Source: Escherichia coli
GTDB lineage: Bacteria; Pseudomonadota; Gammaproteobacteria; Enterobacterales; Enterobacteriaceae
Length of the DNA: 64,000 nt
Assembly (NCBI RefSeq): GCF_044647545.1
Contig: NZ_CP172818.1
Reading direction: 5' to 3' (one strand)
Part shown: in pieces, positions 27,041 to 40,071 of the stretch
Layout: each line of letters starts with the position of its first letter
How positions within the stretch are numbered: position 1 is the first letter of the stretch
Notes under the pieces: model-generated
What the model was told of the DNA's origin: nothing
What the model saw: only the letters and a program-made list of their open reading frames with translations
Database searches by the model: none
Made by a program: the position numbers and the translations under genes

Positions 27041-27580
27041 TTCTGCCGTTTCAGTCTCTACGGCTTCATTTTTGGCATTGCGCTTCATCCACAACGCCAG
27101 CGCTTTCAGCGAGTCTGGAGTGAACTCATCGCAGCGTGCGGTGATTTCTTCCGGCGTCAGCCAGCAAACTTCACTGACTTCATCTTCCTGTAGGGCGAAG
27201 GGACCGTGAGAGACGCAACTGAACAACGCGCCCCAGACACGGCAATTTTTATCTTCGAAATAGAACTGCCCGTGCTCGGCAAAGGGGACACCGGCAATGC
27301 CCAACTCTTCTTCCGCTTCGCGACGCGCGGATTCCAGCAGTTGCTCATCGGCCTGGACCACACCGCCTGCGGTCGCATCTAACATGCCGGGTAAAAAGTC
27401 TTTTGTCTCGGTACGACGCTGGACCAGAATTTTGCCCATGCCATCATGCACGACGATGTAAGTTGCACGATGACGCAGACACTGTGCCCGCATTTGTTCC
27501 CGGCTGGCTTGTGCAATGACTTCGTTCTCTTCATTGACAATATCCACCCATTCAGTACTTGCCAAACGACGCTGTTCCAT
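27038..27580 (-). CDS. yfcD: Nudix hydrolase
   Basis: 180 aa; Nudix box ([24 protein letters not shown]). Confidence 0.9.
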
Positions 27581-27637
27581 TATCAGGAAACCTTCTTTTT
27601 CTGGCGCTCTTACGGCGCATTTTGAGTTGTGGGTAAA

Positions 27638-28192
27638 TTACGGATTAATCGCGACCTGCGCAATGATACTTTGATCATTGAGTGCGATTACACTAAGTAC
27701 GTCATTATCCAGCATGCCATAACTCGCCGGATTACCGCCTTTAGGAATACTCACCGAGCCGGGGTTGAAGTGGAAAATCTCCCCCCGCTGTTCTGCCACT
27801 GGCAGATGGGTATGACCGTACACCAGCACATCGTTCTGGTTTAAAGCAGGTAGGTTTTCCGGGCCAAAAAGATGACCATGCGTCAAAAACAGACGTTGTT
27901 TTTCCAGTAATACCTGTTGCCACGGCGCGGTTATCGGGAAATGCAGCAGCATTTGATCCACTTCGCTGTCGCAGTTGCCGCGCACAGCGATAACCTTATG
28001 TGCCACTTCATTAAGCCGTTCAGCGACTTTGGCTGGCGCGTAACCCTCCGGTAAAGCATTACGCGGGCCGTGATTCAACACGTCGCCAAGGATCACCAGC
28101 CACTGGGCACCGCTTTGGGCAAACAACTCCAGAACACGTTCCGTCGCCGGTAACGACCCATGAATGTCCGATGCAAACATCAGTTTCATCAC
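27638..28192 (-). CDS. yfcE: Metallophosphoesterase (Mn-dependent phosphodiesterase)
   Basis: 184 aa; calcineurin-like motifs (SDIHGS, GDVLNHGPRN, GHTH). Confidence 0.9.
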   Translation of the reverse strand: MMKLMFASDIHGSLPATERVLELFAQSGAQWLVILGDVLNHGPRNALPEGYAPAKVAERLNEVAHKVIAVRGNCDSEVDQMLLHFPITAPWQQVLLEKQRLFLTHGHLFGPENLPALNQNDVLVYGHTHLPVAEQRGEIFHFNPGSVSIPKGGNPASYGMLDNDVLSVIALNDQSIIAQVAINP

Positions 28193-28195
28193 TCA

Positions 28196-29672
<1,477 letters not shown>

Positions 29673-29728
29673 CAGAAACAGGTTCTCGTGTATTATTTCA
29701 TCCTAAGTAAAACAACGGAGAACCTGCA

Positions 29729-30091
29729 ATGGCACAACCTGCCGCTATTATTCGTATAAAGAACCTTCGTTTACGTACGTTTATCGGAATTAAGGAAGAA
29801 GAAATTAACAACCGTCAGGATATTGTTATCAATGTGACGATCCACTACCCCGCCGATAAAGCGCGCACTAGCGAAGATATCAACGATGCGCTGAATTATC
29901 GCACCGTAACGAAAAACATTATTCAGCATGTAGAGAATAACCGTTTCTCTTTGCTGGAAAAATTAACTCAGGATGTGCTCGATATCGCACGTGAACATCA
30001 CTGGGTGACGTATGCTGAAGTAGAGATCGATAAACTGCACGCGCTGCGCTACGCCGATTCGGTATCCATGACCTTAAGCTGGCAGCGTTAA
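29729..30091 (+). CDS. folX: Dihydroneopterin triphosphate 2'-epimerase
   Basis: 120 aa; dihydroneopterin aldolase-family fold. Confidence 0.9.
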
Positions 30092-30111
30092 CCGCCATAT
30101 CGGGAGGCTGC

Positions 30112-31005
30112 ATGAAGATAGTGATCACCGGAGGGACGGGATTAATTGGTCGCCATTTGATTCCGCGTTTGCTGGATCTGGGCCATCAAATCACGGTAGT
30201 GACGCGTAACCCGCAGAAAGCCAGTTCCGTTCTCGGCCCTCGGGTGACACTATGGCAAGGGCTTGCCGATCAAAGTAACCTCAACGGCGTTGATGCGGTA
30301 ATCAACCTGGCCGGAGAACCGATTGCTGATAAACGCTGGACTCACGAGCAAAAAGAGCGTCTCTGCCAAAGCCGCTGGAATATCACGCAAAAACTGGTCG
30401 ATTTGATTAATGCCAGCGACACGCCACCGTCGGTACTCATTTCCGGCTCGGCAACGGGCTATTATGGCGACTTAGGTGAAGTGGTGGTTACCGAAGAGGA
30501 ACCGCCGCATAACGAATTTACCCATAAACTCTGCGCCCGCTGGGAAGAAATTGCCTGTCGGGCACAAAGTGACAAAACGCGAGTGTGCCTGCTGCGTACC
30601 GGCGTAGTGCTGGCACCGGATGGCGGTATTCTCGGTAAAATGCTGCCGCCGTTTCGTCTTGGCCTGGGCGGGCCGATTGGTTCCGGTCGGCAGTATCTGG
30701 CCTGGATTCATATTGATGATATGGTCAACGGCATTCTCTGGCTGCTGGATAACGAGCTGCGCGGGCCATTTAATATGGTTTCGCCCTACCCGGTACGCAA
30801 TGAACAATTTGCCCATGCGCTCGGTCATGCGCTGCATCGCCCGGCTATTTTGCGCGTCCCCGCAACCGCCATTCGGCTGTTAATGGGCGAATCTTCAGTA
30901 CTGGTATTAGGTGGACAACGCGCGCTGCCTAAACGGCTGGAAGAAGCGGGTTTTGCGTTTCGTTGGTACGATTTAGAAGAGGCGCTGGCGGATGTTGTTC
31001 GCTGA
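30112..31005 (+). CDS. yfcH: NAD-dependent epimerase/dehydratase family protein
   Basis: 297 aa; N-terminal Rossmann motif ([16 protein letters not shown]). Confidence 0.88.
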   Translation: MKIVITGGTGLIGRHLIPRLLDLGHQITVVTRNPQKASSVLGPRVTLWQGLADQSNLNGVDAVINLAGEPIADKRWTHEQKERLCQSRWNITQKLVDLINASDTPPSVLISGSATGYYGDLGEVVVTEEEPPHNEFTHKLCARWEEIACRAQSDKTRVCLLRTGVVLAPDGGILGKMLPPFRLGLGGPIGSGRQYLAWIHIDDMVNGILWLLDNELRGPFNMVSPYPVRNEQFAHALGHALHRPAILRVPATAIRLLMGESSVLVLGGQRALPKRLEEAGFAFRWYDLEEALADVVR

Positions 31006-31052
31006 TGTGGTTTACTGCAAACATCCGCCAGTTAACTCCCGGTGTTACAGGA

Positions 31053-31943
31053 TTAGTGGCTTTGCGCGATAAGATCGTCTGGTGAAAGTCGGGTCACCAT
31101 CATAACTAACTCTCTGTCTAAACCTCTCTCCAGCATTTCCTGAGCAATGCGCAGGGCTTCTTCGCGTTTGCCCTGCATTGCGCCTTCTTCACGTAATCTG
31201 TCAGCAATGGTCATCAGTTTCTCCTTTTCTTGTGGTGCGCGTTCCGCTATCTCACCAATAAATGCACGGAAACGCTGGGCATCCCCCGTTTGTAATACAT
31301 AATTAAACAGGGCTTTTAGCTGTCTGTCATTAGTGTTCCCTGTAACTAGCAGCGAAACAATTTGGTCGACTAATCCCAACAGATCGCGCTGACGAATATG
31401 TTTCTGAATTAACTCCAACAGCGCCATTTTGCGATGTTGCATAATCTCGTCATCCGGCACCACGGTAATATCCACAAGCGGAAAAGCCGATGAATATATT
31501 TTGCGGGCTATAGCAGGCTCGGCAAATTCATCAAGCCAGCAGAGTGAATAAGGATAAGGACTTCTGCAACCATGATAAAATAGCATCGGGATCACCAATG
31601 GAAGCTCTTTATAGCCCGCATCAAGATGGTTTTGCATCGCTGCAATGGAATAGCGCATCATGCGAAAAGCCATTAATTCTTCCGGCTTACTTTGGTGCTC
31701 TATCACCACATAAATATAACCTGCTCCCTCCTGCGTTTTCACAGACCACAAGAGGTCGGAATAATATTGCCGCAGGTCTTCATCAATAAAACTGTTTGGT
31801 TCCAGTTTAAGCGTCGTTAAATCACACAGTTTGCGCAGCGGCGCGGGAAGATGAATATCAATAAAATCCCGCGCGGTGTCTGGATGGCGTAAAAAAGATT
31901 TAAATACCGCATCATGCGGCGTGGAAGTTGTCGATATTGTCAT
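31053..31943 (-). CDS. rpnB: Recombination-promoting nuclease (PD-(D/E)XK, transposase_31 family)
   Basis: 296-aa ORF; family recognition plus synteny. Confidence 0.82.
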   Translation of the reverse strand: MTISTTSTPHDAVFKSFLRHPDTARDFIDIHLPAPLRKLCDLTTLKLEPNSFIDEDLRQYYSDLLWSVKTQEGAGYIYVVIEHQSKPEELMAFRMMRYSIAAMQNHLDAGYKELPLVIPMLFYHGCRSPYPYSLCWLDEFAEPAIARKIYSSAFPLVDITVVPDDEIMQHRKMALLELIQKHIRQRDLLGLVDQIVSLLVTGNTNDRQLKALFNYVLQTGDAQRFRAFIGEIAERAPQEKEKLMTIADRLREEGAMQGKREEALRIAQEMLERGLDRELVMMVTRLSPDDLIAQSH

Positions 31944-32139
31944 GGCGTTCCGTCACCCCTCAAATTTAAGATGACGCGACAATAACCACGATTAACACCC
32001 AATGCAGCAGGCAGTTTTTATCTTTGGACAGCGAATTCAGAAGTATTTTTAGCGGGCTGCAACTTTTACATTTCAGCGGAAGCGGACTCGCAAATTTCCC
32101 TTGAAAATACTCCGGCAGCGTTAGCTACCGGAGGGGGAA

Positions 32140-32913
32140 TTATTTCAGCGATCCCTTAAGGAACTGTTGCAGACGAGGGCTTTGCGGGTTGCCAAATAAC
32201 TGCTCCGGCGCGCCTTCTTCCTCTATTTTCCCCTGATGGAGAAAAATGACGTGAGTAGAAACATGGCGAGCAAAGCCCATTTCGTGGGTCACCACCACCA
32301 TGGTTTTCCCCTCTTCTGCCAGTTGCTGCATAATACGCAACACTTCGCCTACCAGTTCAGGATCGAGCGCCGAGGTAGGTTCATCAAACAGTAAAACTTC
32401 CGGTTCCATTGCCAGCGCCCTTGCGATGGAAACACGCTGTTGCTGACCGCCGGAAAGATGCACCGGATATTTCCCCTGCGCACGTTCGTCTATCCCGACT
32501 TTCGCCAGATACTTCACCGCCCGCTCGCGCGCTTCCTGCTTGCTCAGGCCCAACACCTGAATCGGCGCTTCCATGACGTTTTCCAGCACCGTCATATGGC
32601 TCCAGAGATTGAAGTGCTGGAATACCATCGTCAGGCGTGTGCGCAGTAAGCGCAGCTGATTTTTATCGGCGACTTTGAGTTGACCATCTTTGTCGCGCAC
32701 CAGATTGATCGTCTGGCCATTGACCACGATCGATCCTTCGCTCGGTTTTTCGAGGAAGTTAATGCAGCGCAGAAAGGTACTTTTCCCCGATCCCGACGAT
32801 CCGATGATACTTATGACATCTCCGGCATTCGCTTGCAATGAGACCCCTTTCAGCACTTCGTGTTCGCCGTAGCGTTTGTGCAAATCGATAACGTTTAATT
32901 TATTCTCGGACAT
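32140..32913 (-). CDS. hisP: ABC transporter ATP-binding protein (His/Lys/Arg/Orn)
   Basis: 257 aa; Walker [10 protein letters not shown], signature [14 protein letters not shown], Walker [12 protein letters not shown]. Confidence 0.95.
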   Translation of the reverse strand: MSENKLNVIDLHKRYGEHEVLKGVSLQANAGDVISIIGSSGSGKSTFLRCINFLEKPSEGSIVVNGQTINLVRDKDGQLKVADKNQLRLLRTRLTMVFQHFNLWSHMTVLENVMEAPIQVLGLSKQEARERAVKYLAKVGIDERAQGKYPVHLSGGQQQRVSIARALAMEPEVLLFDEPTSALDPELVGEVLRIMQQLAEEGKTMVVVTHEMGFARHVSTHVIFLHQGKIEEEGAPEQLFGNPQSPRLQQFLKGSLK

Positions 32914-32920
32914 CGTATTC

Positions 32921-33637
32921 TCAGTGCGTTGAAGAAGGTTTCACATGCTGCAACCAGCGTTTTTCAGCTCTGCGAAAGAGGCTGATCAGGACATAAGAGA
33001 TGATTAAATAGAGCACCGCGGCAATGCCGAAGGCGGTAAAAGGTTGATATGTGGCGGCGTTAATATCGCGGGCAATTTTCAGCAGATCCGGCACCGTGGC
33101 AGTAAATGCCAGCGCAGTAGAGTGCAGCATCAGGATCACTTCGTTGCTGTATGCCGGTAACGCAATACGCAGCGCAGAAGGCAAAATAATGCAGCGATAC
33201 ATTTTAAAGGTCGAGAAGCCATAGGCTCTGGCGGCTTCAATTTCCCCATGCGGCACTGAACGGATTGCCCCGGCAAAAATCTCGGTAGTGTAAGCGCAGG
33301 TGTTAAGCGTCAGCGCCAGCACGGTACAGTTCAGACCACTGCGAAAAAAGGCGTTAAGGAACTCGGTTCCCTTAACAATCTCCAGCGTGTACATGCCGGA
33401 ATAGAACACCAGCAACTGAACATACAGCGGCGTACCGCGAAAAATATAGGTAAATAACCAGATTGGAAACTGGATGTATTTATTACTTGAGACGCGACCA
33501 ATCGCCAGAAACAGCGCCAGAACTCCGCCTATCACTACCGACAAAATCAGCAGCCACAGGGTGATCGCCACGCCAGTAAAGCGATAACCGTCAGTCCACA
33601 GCAGTGGTTTCCAGTATTCATGTAAGATTTCGATCAC
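32921..33637 (-). CDS. hisM: ABC transporter permease
   Basis: 238 aa; EAA loop ([28 protein letters not shown]). Confidence 0.93.
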   Translation of the reverse strand: MIEILHEYWKPLLWTDGYRFTGVAITLWLLILSVVIGGVLALFLAIGRVSSNKYIQFPIWLFTYIFRGTPLYVQLLVFYSGMYTLEIVKGTEFLNAFFRSGLNCTVLALTLNTCAYTTEIFAGAIRSVPHGEIEAARAYGFSTFKMYRCIILPSALRIALPAYSNEVILMLHSTALAFTATVPDLLKIARDINAATYQPFTAFGIAAVLYLIISYVLISLFRRAEKRWLQHVKPSSTH

Positions 33638-34320
33638 AGGTCAGCCCTCTTCACACCCACGGAGTAGCGGCGTTCAAGGAACAGCAGCACACCATTGGAA
33701 ACGGTGGTGAAAACAAGATAAATCACGCCACAGACGATAGCGAAATAGAACGGTTCCCAGGTACTTTTGCCTGCCAGCTGCGTGGCTTTGACCACATCTT
33801 CCAGGCCGAGTAACGAAACCAGTGCGGTAGATTTGAGGATCACCTGCCAGTTGTTGCCAATGCCTGGCAGGGCGTAACGCATCATCGCCGGAAACATGAT
33901 CCGCCGAAACACTTGCCCACGAGTAAAACCGAACGCCGTCGCCGCCTCTATATGTCCTTTCGGCACTGCCATAAAAGCACCACGGAACGTTTCGGTAAAA
34001 TAAGCACCGTAGATAAAACCGAGAGTAATAATACCAGCGACCATCGGATCGATATCAATCTGCCCGACGCCCATCGCCTCCGTCACCGTGTTTAGTGCAA
34101 TCTGCAAACCGTAGAAAATTAGCAGCATCAACACCAAGTCCGGCACGCCTCGAATCAGCGTGGTGTACCCTTCGAAAATCAGCCCCGAAAGCCGATTTTG
34201 CGAGAGCTTACCGCCAGCGCCAATTAAACCGATGATTACAGCGAGCACTACAGAGCTGATAGCCAGCTCCAGCGTGACGAGCGCACCCTGTAAAATAACA
34301 CCTGAAAACCCATACAACAT
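33634..34320 (-). CDS. hisQ: ABC transporter permease
   Basis: 228 aa; EAA loop (EAATAFGFTRGQVFRRIMFPAMMRYALP); overlaps hisM start. Confidence 0.93.
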   Translation of the reverse strand: MLYGFSGVILQGALVTLELAISSVVLAVIIGLIGAGGKLSQNRLSGLIFEGYTTLIRGVPDLVLMLLIFYGLQIALNTVTEAMGVGQIDIDPMVAGIITLGFIYGAYFTETFRGAFMAVPKGHIEAATAFGFTRGQVFRRIMFPAMMRYALPGIGNNWQVILKSTALVSLLGLEDVVKATQLAGKSTWEPFYFAIVCGVIYLVFTTVSNGVLLFLERRYSVGVKRADL

Positions 34321-34409
34321 GCTGCCTGTCCTGTCGTGTGTGGTGAATTACCGCCTCTTGTCTCCCTCCGGTTACCCGAAGGGAGCGGGCTTTCTTTCAC
34401 CGATGGCGA

Positions 34410-35192
34410 TTAACCACCATAAACATCAAAATCGAAGTACTTTTTCGCTAATTTCTCGTAAGTACCGTCAGCGCGCATTTCGGCAAAGGCTTTGTTCAGT
34501 GCCTCGCGCAGTTCGTTATCTTCTTTACGCAGGCCCATGCCGGTCCCTACGCCAAACAGTTTTTCATCTTTAACAGACGGGCCACCGAATTTGTAATCTT
34601 TACCGACGGGTTGTTTGAGGAAACCTTCGCTGGCTGCGACCTCATCCTGGAACGCGGCATCAATACGTCCGGCAGTCAGGTCAGAATAAATATTGTCCTG
34701 CCCCTGATAAGAAACGATTTCAATGCCTTTTGGTGCCCAGTGTTCGTTACCGAACGTCTCCTGGGTGGTGCCCTGCAATACGCCTACCCGTTTGCCTTTC
34801 AGCGATTCGACTGTCGGCTGAATGTCGGAATTTTTCGCCACCACCAGACGAGAATCGGCAGCGTACAGTTTGTCGGTGAAGGCTATTTCTTGCTGACGTT
34901 TTTCCGTAATGGAAAGCGATGACATGATGGCGTCAATCTTCTTCGCTTTTAAGGACGGGATTAACGCATCCAGTGGGTTTTCGACAAACGTACATTGCGT
35001 ATTGATGCGTTTGCACAACTCCTTCGCCAGATCGATATCGAAGCCAACCAGTTCACCTTGTGAATTTTTTGATTCAAATGGCGCATAGGTCGGATCGGTA
35101 CCGATGCGGATGTTTTGCGGAATCGCAGCAAACGCCGCAGTTGCGCTGGAGAAGGCCAGAACCAGAGAGAGCGATAGCACCAGTTTTTTCAT
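34410..35192 (-). CDS. hisJ: Histidine-binding periplasmic protein
   Basis: 260 aa with signal peptide; paralog of adjacent argT. Confidence 0.93.
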   Translation of the reverse strand: MKKLVLSLSLVLAFSSATAAFAAIPQNIRIGTDPTYAPFESKNSQGELVGFDIDLAKELCKRINTQCTFVENPLDALIPSLKAKKIDAIMSSLSITEKRQQEIAFTDKLYAADSRLVVAKNSDIQPTVESLKGKRVGVLQGTTQETFGNEHWAPKGIEIVSYQGQDNIYSDLTAGRIDAAFQDEVAASEGFLKQPVGKDYKFGGPSVKDEKLFGVGTGMGLRKEDNELREALNKAFAEMRADGTYEKLAKKYFDFDVYGG

Positions 35193-35412
35193 AATGTCCT
35201 CAACTGACAGTCTTTTTATAGGGAATATTTACAGGTTTGTTACACTTATCGTGCCATAAAATTGACCATCAAGGCAAAATATCCCGCCCCGTTAGACGTA
35301 TTATTTTTCATTAAAAATGCTTAAGTATGCATTTCAATGCACCACGATAGTGCAACAAACCTGGCGTGCACCATGATGATCATTCCATCAGGTACAGCTT
35401 CCCTGCGACGTA

Positions 35413-36195
35413 TCAGTCACCGTAGACATTAAAGTCGAAATACTTTTTCGCCATCTTGTCGTAGGTGCCGTCCTGACGCAGCTCGTTAAGCGCCTTATTG
35501 AAGGCCGCCGTCAGTTCAGCATCATCTTTACGCAGCCCTACACCGGTGCCGTCACCGAAGTATTTTTTGTCTTTCACTGATGGGCCTGCAAAGGCGAAAT
35601 CTTTACCGGCGGGTTGCTTAAGGAAACCTTCGCTGGCAGCAACCTCATCTTGTAACGCAGCATCCAGGCGTCCTGCAGCCAGATCGGAATAGACCAAATC
35701 CTGGTTAGCATAGGCCACCACATCGACCCCCTTACTGCGCCAGTTATCATTGGCATACGCTTCCTGGGTTGATCCCTGCAGCACACCAACATGTTTACCT
35801 TTCAGTGAATCCAGCGTTGGCTGAATCGGTGAACCTTTGGCAGCAATCAGACGAGAGTCTGCGGCGTACAGCTTGTCGGAGAAAGCAATCTCCTGCTGAC
35901 GTTTATCGGTAATGGAAAGCGACGAAATAATGGCGTCGATTTTTTTCGCTTTCAGTGAGGGGATCAGCGCGTCAAAGTCACTGGCAACCCAGGTACATTT
36001 CACCTGCATCCGTTTGCACATCTCGTTACCGAGATCGATATCAAAGCCAACAAAGTCACCTTTGGCATCTTTCGATGAGAACGGCGCATAGGTGGTATCA
36101 GTTCCGATACGTACCGTCTCCGGTAGCGCCGCATAGCTGGAAGCCGCTGCGGAGAGACCGACTAACAAAGACAGAGCGAGAATCGACTTCTTCAT
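35413..36195 (-). CDS. argT: Lysine/arginine/ornithine-binding periplasmic protein
   Basis: 260 aa with signal peptide; about 70 percent identical to HisJ by eye. Confidence 0.93.
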   Translation of the reverse strand: MKKSILALSLLVGLSAAASSYAALPETVRIGTDTTYAPFSSKDAKGDFVGFDIDLGNEMCKRMQVKCTWVASDFDALIPSLKAKKIDAIISSLSITDKRQQEIAFSDKLYAADSRLIAAKGSPIQPTLDSLKGKHVGVLQGSTQEAYANDNWRSKGVDVVAYANQDLVYSDLAAGRLDAALQDEVAASEGFLKQPAGKDFAFAGPSVKDKKYFGDGTGVGLRKDDAELTAAFNKALNELRQDGTYDKMAKKYFDFNVYGD

Positions 36196-36225
36196 ACATA
36201 ACCCTCAAGTGAAAATGGCTTTTTT

Positions 36226-36251
36226 ATGTTGTGTATTGTGTTGTGTGTTTG
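36226..36251 (-). promoter_or_regulatory. CA-rich element in argT 5' leader (GcvB-type sRNA target motif)
   Basis: Minus-strand caaacacacaacacaatacacaacat about 30 nt upstream of argT ATG. Confidence 0.45.
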
Positions 36252-36262
36252 CAGGCTCTTTC

Positions 36263-36282
36263 ATGCAGGTCTTATGCCATCT
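36263..36282 (-). promoter_or_regulatory. Sigma54-type -24/-12 promoter upstream of argT
   Basis: Minus-strand TGGCAT-aagac-CTGCA matches TGGCAC-N5-TTGCA at the GG/GC core with correct spacing, about 70 nt upstream of ATG. Confidence 0.45.
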
Positions 36283-36429
36283 TGACGACAACAGTAACAT
36301 TCAACGTTAAATATGTTAATAAGACGTTGCATTATTGTCCTGAAGTTGAAGATAGCAGGTATAGCGGTTGAATCGCAGCGTTTCGATTGAATGGCAGAAA
36401 CAAAATGTCGAGGATTTGATCGCGGTTGC

Positions 36430-36452
36430 AAAATTGCCCTGAAACAGGGCAA
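36430..36452 (-). terminator. Hairpin downstream of ubiX (terminator-like)
   Basis: Perfect stem ttgccctg/cagggcaa with 3-nt loop; short U run on minus strand. Confidence 0.4.
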
Positions 36453-36460
36453 CAGCGGAG

Positions 36461-37030
36461 TTATGCGCCCTGCCAGCGGGCAAAGAGATCTTCAGGAAGC
36501 GTTATGGCGAATTGATCGAGTACACGGTTAACCGTCTGATTTATCACATCATCAAGGGATTGCGGGCGATGATAAAACGCCGGAACGGGAGGCATAATCA
36601 CCGCACCGATTTCTGCTGCCTGAGTCATTAAACGCAGATGGCCTAAGTGCAATGGTGTTTCACGTACGCAGAGCACCAACGGGCGACGCTCTTTCAGCAC
36701 AACATCTGCCGCACGGGTCAGTAAGCCATCAGTATAGCTATGGACAATGCCGGACAGGGTTTTGATTGAACAGGGTAAAATCACCATCCCCAGTGTCTGG
36801 AAAGAACCGGAAGAAATGCTGGCAGCAATATCGCGCGCATCGTGCGTCACATCGGCTAATGCCTGCACTTCGCGCAGGGAAAAATCCGTTTCGAGGGATA
36901 AGGTCTGGCGCGCGGCCTGGCTCATCACCAAATGCGTTTCAACATCTGCGACATCGCGCAGAACCTGTAATAAGCGCACGCCATAAATCGCGCCGCTGGC
37001 ACCGCTGATGCCTACAATGAGTCGTTTCAT
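36461..37030 (-). CDS. ubiX: Flavin prenyltransferase
   Basis: 189 aa; N-terminal flavoprotein motif (MKRLIVGISGASGAIYGVRLLQ). Confidence 0.93.
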   Translation of the reverse strand: MKRLIVGISGASGAIYGVRLLQVLRDVADVETHLVMSQAARQTLSLETDFSLREVQALADVTHDARDIAASISSGSFQTLGMVILPCSIKTLSGIVHSYTDGLLTRAADVVLKERRPLVLCVRETPLHLGHLRLMTQAAEIGAVIMPPVPAFYHRPQSLDDVINQTVNRVLDQFAITLPEDLFARWQGA

Positions 37031-37124
37031 AAATAGTTGCCCTGTCAGACTTGCAGGCAGACTTTGCAGGATTTCGGCGGGAGTTGCAAGTCAGGGTGCC
37101 AGACCGGCACCCTGAGCGAAGGCA

Positions 37125-38642
37125 TCATCCTTCGTTATGCATTTCGAGATTTTCCACTTCGTTCTGACGTTGCACGGCTTTGGCGTCGTCATTACGTAAC
37201 GTATCGAGGAAATCGAGGTAGCCCTGATCAACATCTTTGGTGACGTAGACGCCGTTGAACACCGAGCATTCAAACTGCTGGATATCCGGGTTTTCAGCGC
37301 GAACGGCTTCGATCAAATCGTTCAGATCCTGGAAAATCAACCCGTCAGCACCGATGATCTGGCGAATTTCATCTACTTCACGACCGTGAGCGATAAGCTC
37401 CGTAGCGCTCGGCATATCGATACCGTAAACGTTCGGGAAGCGAATTTCCGGTGCCGCAGAAGCGAGGTACACTTTCTTCGCTCCGGCTTCGCGTGCCATC
37501 TCGATAATCTGCTCAGAAGTGGTGCCACGGACGATGGAGTCGTCGACCAGCAGGACGTTTTTATCGCGGAACTCGGCGCGGTTGGCGTTCAGTTTACGGC
37601 GCACGGACTTACGACGCAGCTGCTGACCCGGCATGATGAAGGTGCGGCCAACATAGCGGTTTTTAACGAAGCCCTGGCGGTACGGTTTGCCCAGAATACG
37701 CGCAATTTCCAGCGCGATATCACACGAGGTTTCCGGAATAGGGATCACCACGTCGATATCCAGATCTTCCCATTCGCGGGCAATTTTCTCGCCCAGTTTG
37801 GTGCCCATATTCACGCGCGCACTGTAAACGGAAATTTTGTCGATGAACGAGTCCGGGCGGGCAAAGTATACATACTCAAACAGGCACGGATTGCTGACCG
37901 GATTGTCAGCACATTGACGGGTAAACAACTGCCCTTCTTCAGTGATGTAAATCGCTTCGCCCGGCGCGACGTCACGCAGGAAATCAAAGCCCAGCGTATC
38001 GAGCGCAACGCTTTCGGAAGCGACCATATATTCTGTGCGGTTCTCGTCAATATCACGTTTTCCCAGTACCAGCGGACGAATCCCGTTAGGATCGCGGAAA
38101 GCAACCATACCGTGGCCGATGATCATCGCCACACAGGCATACGCGCCGCGGATTAAGCGGTTTGTAGCAGCGATGGCGGCGAAAATGTTGTCGGCTTCCA
38201 GCGGGTAGTGGCGGAAGTTGTCCAGTTCGCTGGCAAAGATATTAAGCAGAATTTCCGAGTCGGAAGTGGTGTTGATGTGGCGGCGTTTTTCTTCAAACAG
38301 TTTTTTACGCAACTCGTGAGCGTTGGTCAGATTGCCGTTGTGGGCAAGCGTAATGCCATACGGAGAGTTAACGTAAAACGGCTGCGCTTCAGAGGCGCTG
38401 GAGCTACCAGCCGTAGGGTAACGCACATGACCAATGCCCATATTGCCCTGCAAACGCTGCATATGGCGAGCTTCAAATACATCACTCACCAGCCCGTTCG
38501 CTTTACGCAAACGGAAGCAGTTATTGGCATCTATGGTGATGATGCCGGCGGCATCCTGACCGCGATGCTGAAGCACCGTTAAGGCATCATAAATCGACTG
38601 GTTAACCGGCATAACACCGGCGATACCGACAATACCGCACAT
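37125..38642 (-). CDS. purF: Amidophosphoribosyltransferase
   Basis: 505 aa; N-terminal MCGIVGI nucleophile; PRTase domain. Confidence 0.96.
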   Translation of the reverse strand: MCGIVGIAGVMPVNQSIYDALTVLQHRGQDAAGIITIDANNCFRLRKANGLVSDVFEARHMQRLQGNMGIGHVRYPTAGSSSASEAQPFYVNSPYGITLAHNGNLTNAHELRKKLFEEKRRHINTTSDSEILLNIFASELDNFRHYPLEADNIFAAIAATNRLIRGAYACVAMIIGHGMVAFRDPNGIRPLVLGKRDIDENRTEYMVASESVALDTLGFDFLRDVAPGEAIYITEEGQLFTRQCADNPVSNPCLFEYVYFARPDSFIDKISVYSARVNMGTKLGEKIAREWEDLDIDVVIPIPETSCDIALEIARILGKPYRQGFVKNRYVGRTFIMPGQQLRRKSVRRKLNANRAEFRDKNVLLVDDSIVRGTTSEQIIEMAREAGAKKVYLASAAPEIRFPNVYGIDMPSATELIAHGREVDEIRQIIGADGLIFQDLNDLIEAVRAENPDIQQFECSVFNGVYVTKDVDQGYLDFLDTLRNDDAKAVQRQNEVENLEMHNEG

Positions 38643-38678
38643 ACGTCTTTTTCCTCGTTAAGCCACATCTCAGAGCAC

Positions 38679-39167
38679 TTACGCTCTGGGCAAGAAACTT
38701 GACGAGCTTTGCAGATAATCAAAAAACCATCTGATGATAAAACTGAACTGCGGGATCAGCTGTGATTTGCTCCAGTCTTCGCTTTTCGACACCCCGGTAA
38801 AGGAGTCGAGAAAGAAGAGAATGGCAGCAACAATCAACACACCGCGCAACGCACCGAAACAGACGCCCAACACCCGATCGGTGCCTGACAACCCCGTTTT
38901 CTCCACCAACTGGCCTATCACGAAGTTCACGATAGCACCAACGATCAGGGTAGCGATAAACAGTACCGCGATGGCAATCCCATTTCGAACCAGTTCGTCT
39001 TCAAAGCCCGTAAACCAGACTGACAGGTAAGTGTAGTAATGACTGGCAACAAAGAAAGCACAACCCCATGTCACCAGCGATAACGCTTCACGAACAAAGC
39101 CGCGGATCAGGCTAACCAGAGAGGAAAAAGCAATCACCGCGATTATGGCGTAATCAATCCAGACCAT
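38679..39167 (-). CDS. cvpA: Colicin V production membrane protein
   Basis: 162-aa hydrophobic ORF upstream of purF. Confidence 0.9.
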   Translation of the reverse strand: MVWIDYAIIAVIAFSSLVSLIRGFVREALSLVTWGCAFFVASHYYTYLSVWFTGFEDELVRNGIAIAVLFIATLIVGAIVNFVIGQLVEKTGLSGTDRVLGVCFGALRGVLIVAAILFFLDSFTGVSKSEDWSKSQLIPQFSFIIRWFFDYLQSSSSFLPRA

Positions 39168-39331
39168 ATGTGTCCCACGATTTTACGCCCTGTCATCCTG
39201 TTCGGGGCGCATTCTAACAGAAAAAGAAAACGTTTGCGTAGGGATTTCCTTCCCACGCATCAATAAAAATGGCGCTGAAAAAATATTCAACGCCATCGAC
39301 TTTTTATGCCTTTGCGGCATCGGGCAATGCG

Positions 39332-39393
39332 TGTCGGATGCGGCGTGAACGCCTTATCTGTACCAGATAAGACGCGTTAGTATCGCATCAGGC
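39332..39393. repeat. REP/BIME-like element in cvpA-dedD spacer
   Basis: tgtcggatgcggcgtgaacgccttatctg followed by inverted copy cagataagacgcgttagtatcgcatcaggc. Confidence 0.5.
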
Positions 39394-39402
39394 AAGACCA
39401 TA

Positions 39403-40071
39403 TTAATTCGGTGTATAACCCATTACCACGCCGCTTAAGCCAGAAAGTTGCTTCAACTCACCCAGCGAACCTTTCAGCTTATCTTTCGAGGCATCCGGCC
39501 CAACCAGAATACGGGTAATTTTACCCTGCACTGGCGTGGATGGCGACGTATAAACCCGATAACCGGCACCGCGCAGCTTACCGACAATCTCATTCACTTT
39601 ATCGGCATTTTTCAGCGCCCCCAGTTGTACAACATAGGCTTTACCCGTTGGCGCTGCTTTTTCTTCCACGACCGGCTTCGGCGCAGGTGGTGCTTCAACC
39701 TTCGGTTTCGGCGGCTCCACCGGTTTCGGCTTCGGTGGGGCGACCGGTGCAGGTTCCGGTTCAAACTCGGTGTTATTGGCTGCAATAGTGGCCGGATCGA
39801 GCGACGGTGCTGCGGCATCACCTGCCCGCACCTCTTCCGCTGCGCCTTCCGGCGGCTGCGTCGGCAACGCCTGAGTGGCGGCTGGCATCATATCAGGCTC
39901 ATCGCGATCGCCCGCTTTCGGCACCAGCGGGATAGCCGCGAACTCATCCTGATAATGTTTTTTCTGCCCGTCCAGCAGCCCTGGAAGTACTATCACCCCC
40001 AGCGCCACCAGCACGATCGTGCCCACTAACCGATTCTGAAACTTACTTGCCACCGCTTCTCCTCGCGTCAA
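39403..40071 (-). CDS. dedD: Cell-division protein with SPOR domain
   Basis: ORF of 222 codons; N-terminal TM helix, Pro/Ala-rich linker (PKPKPVEPPKPKVEAPPAPKP), C-terminal SPOR-like domain; exact start uncertain. Confidence 0.88.
   Translation of the reverse strand: MTRGEAVASKFQNRLVGTIVLVALGVIVLPGLLDGQKKHYQDEFAAIPLVPKAGDRDEPDMMPAATQALPTQPPEGAAEEVRAGDAAAPSLDPATIAANNTEFEPEPAPVAPPKPKPVEPPKPKVEAPPAPKPVVEEKAAPTGKAYVVQLGALKNADKVNEIVGKLRGAGYRVYTSPSTPVQGKITRILVGPDASKDKLKGSLGELKQLSGLSGVVMGYTPN

Noticed and set aside
36261-36452. 63-codon minus-strand ORF between argT and ubiX
   Set aside because: Sits across the argT promoter and the ubiX terminator hairpin; Cys/Arg-rich; no start context.
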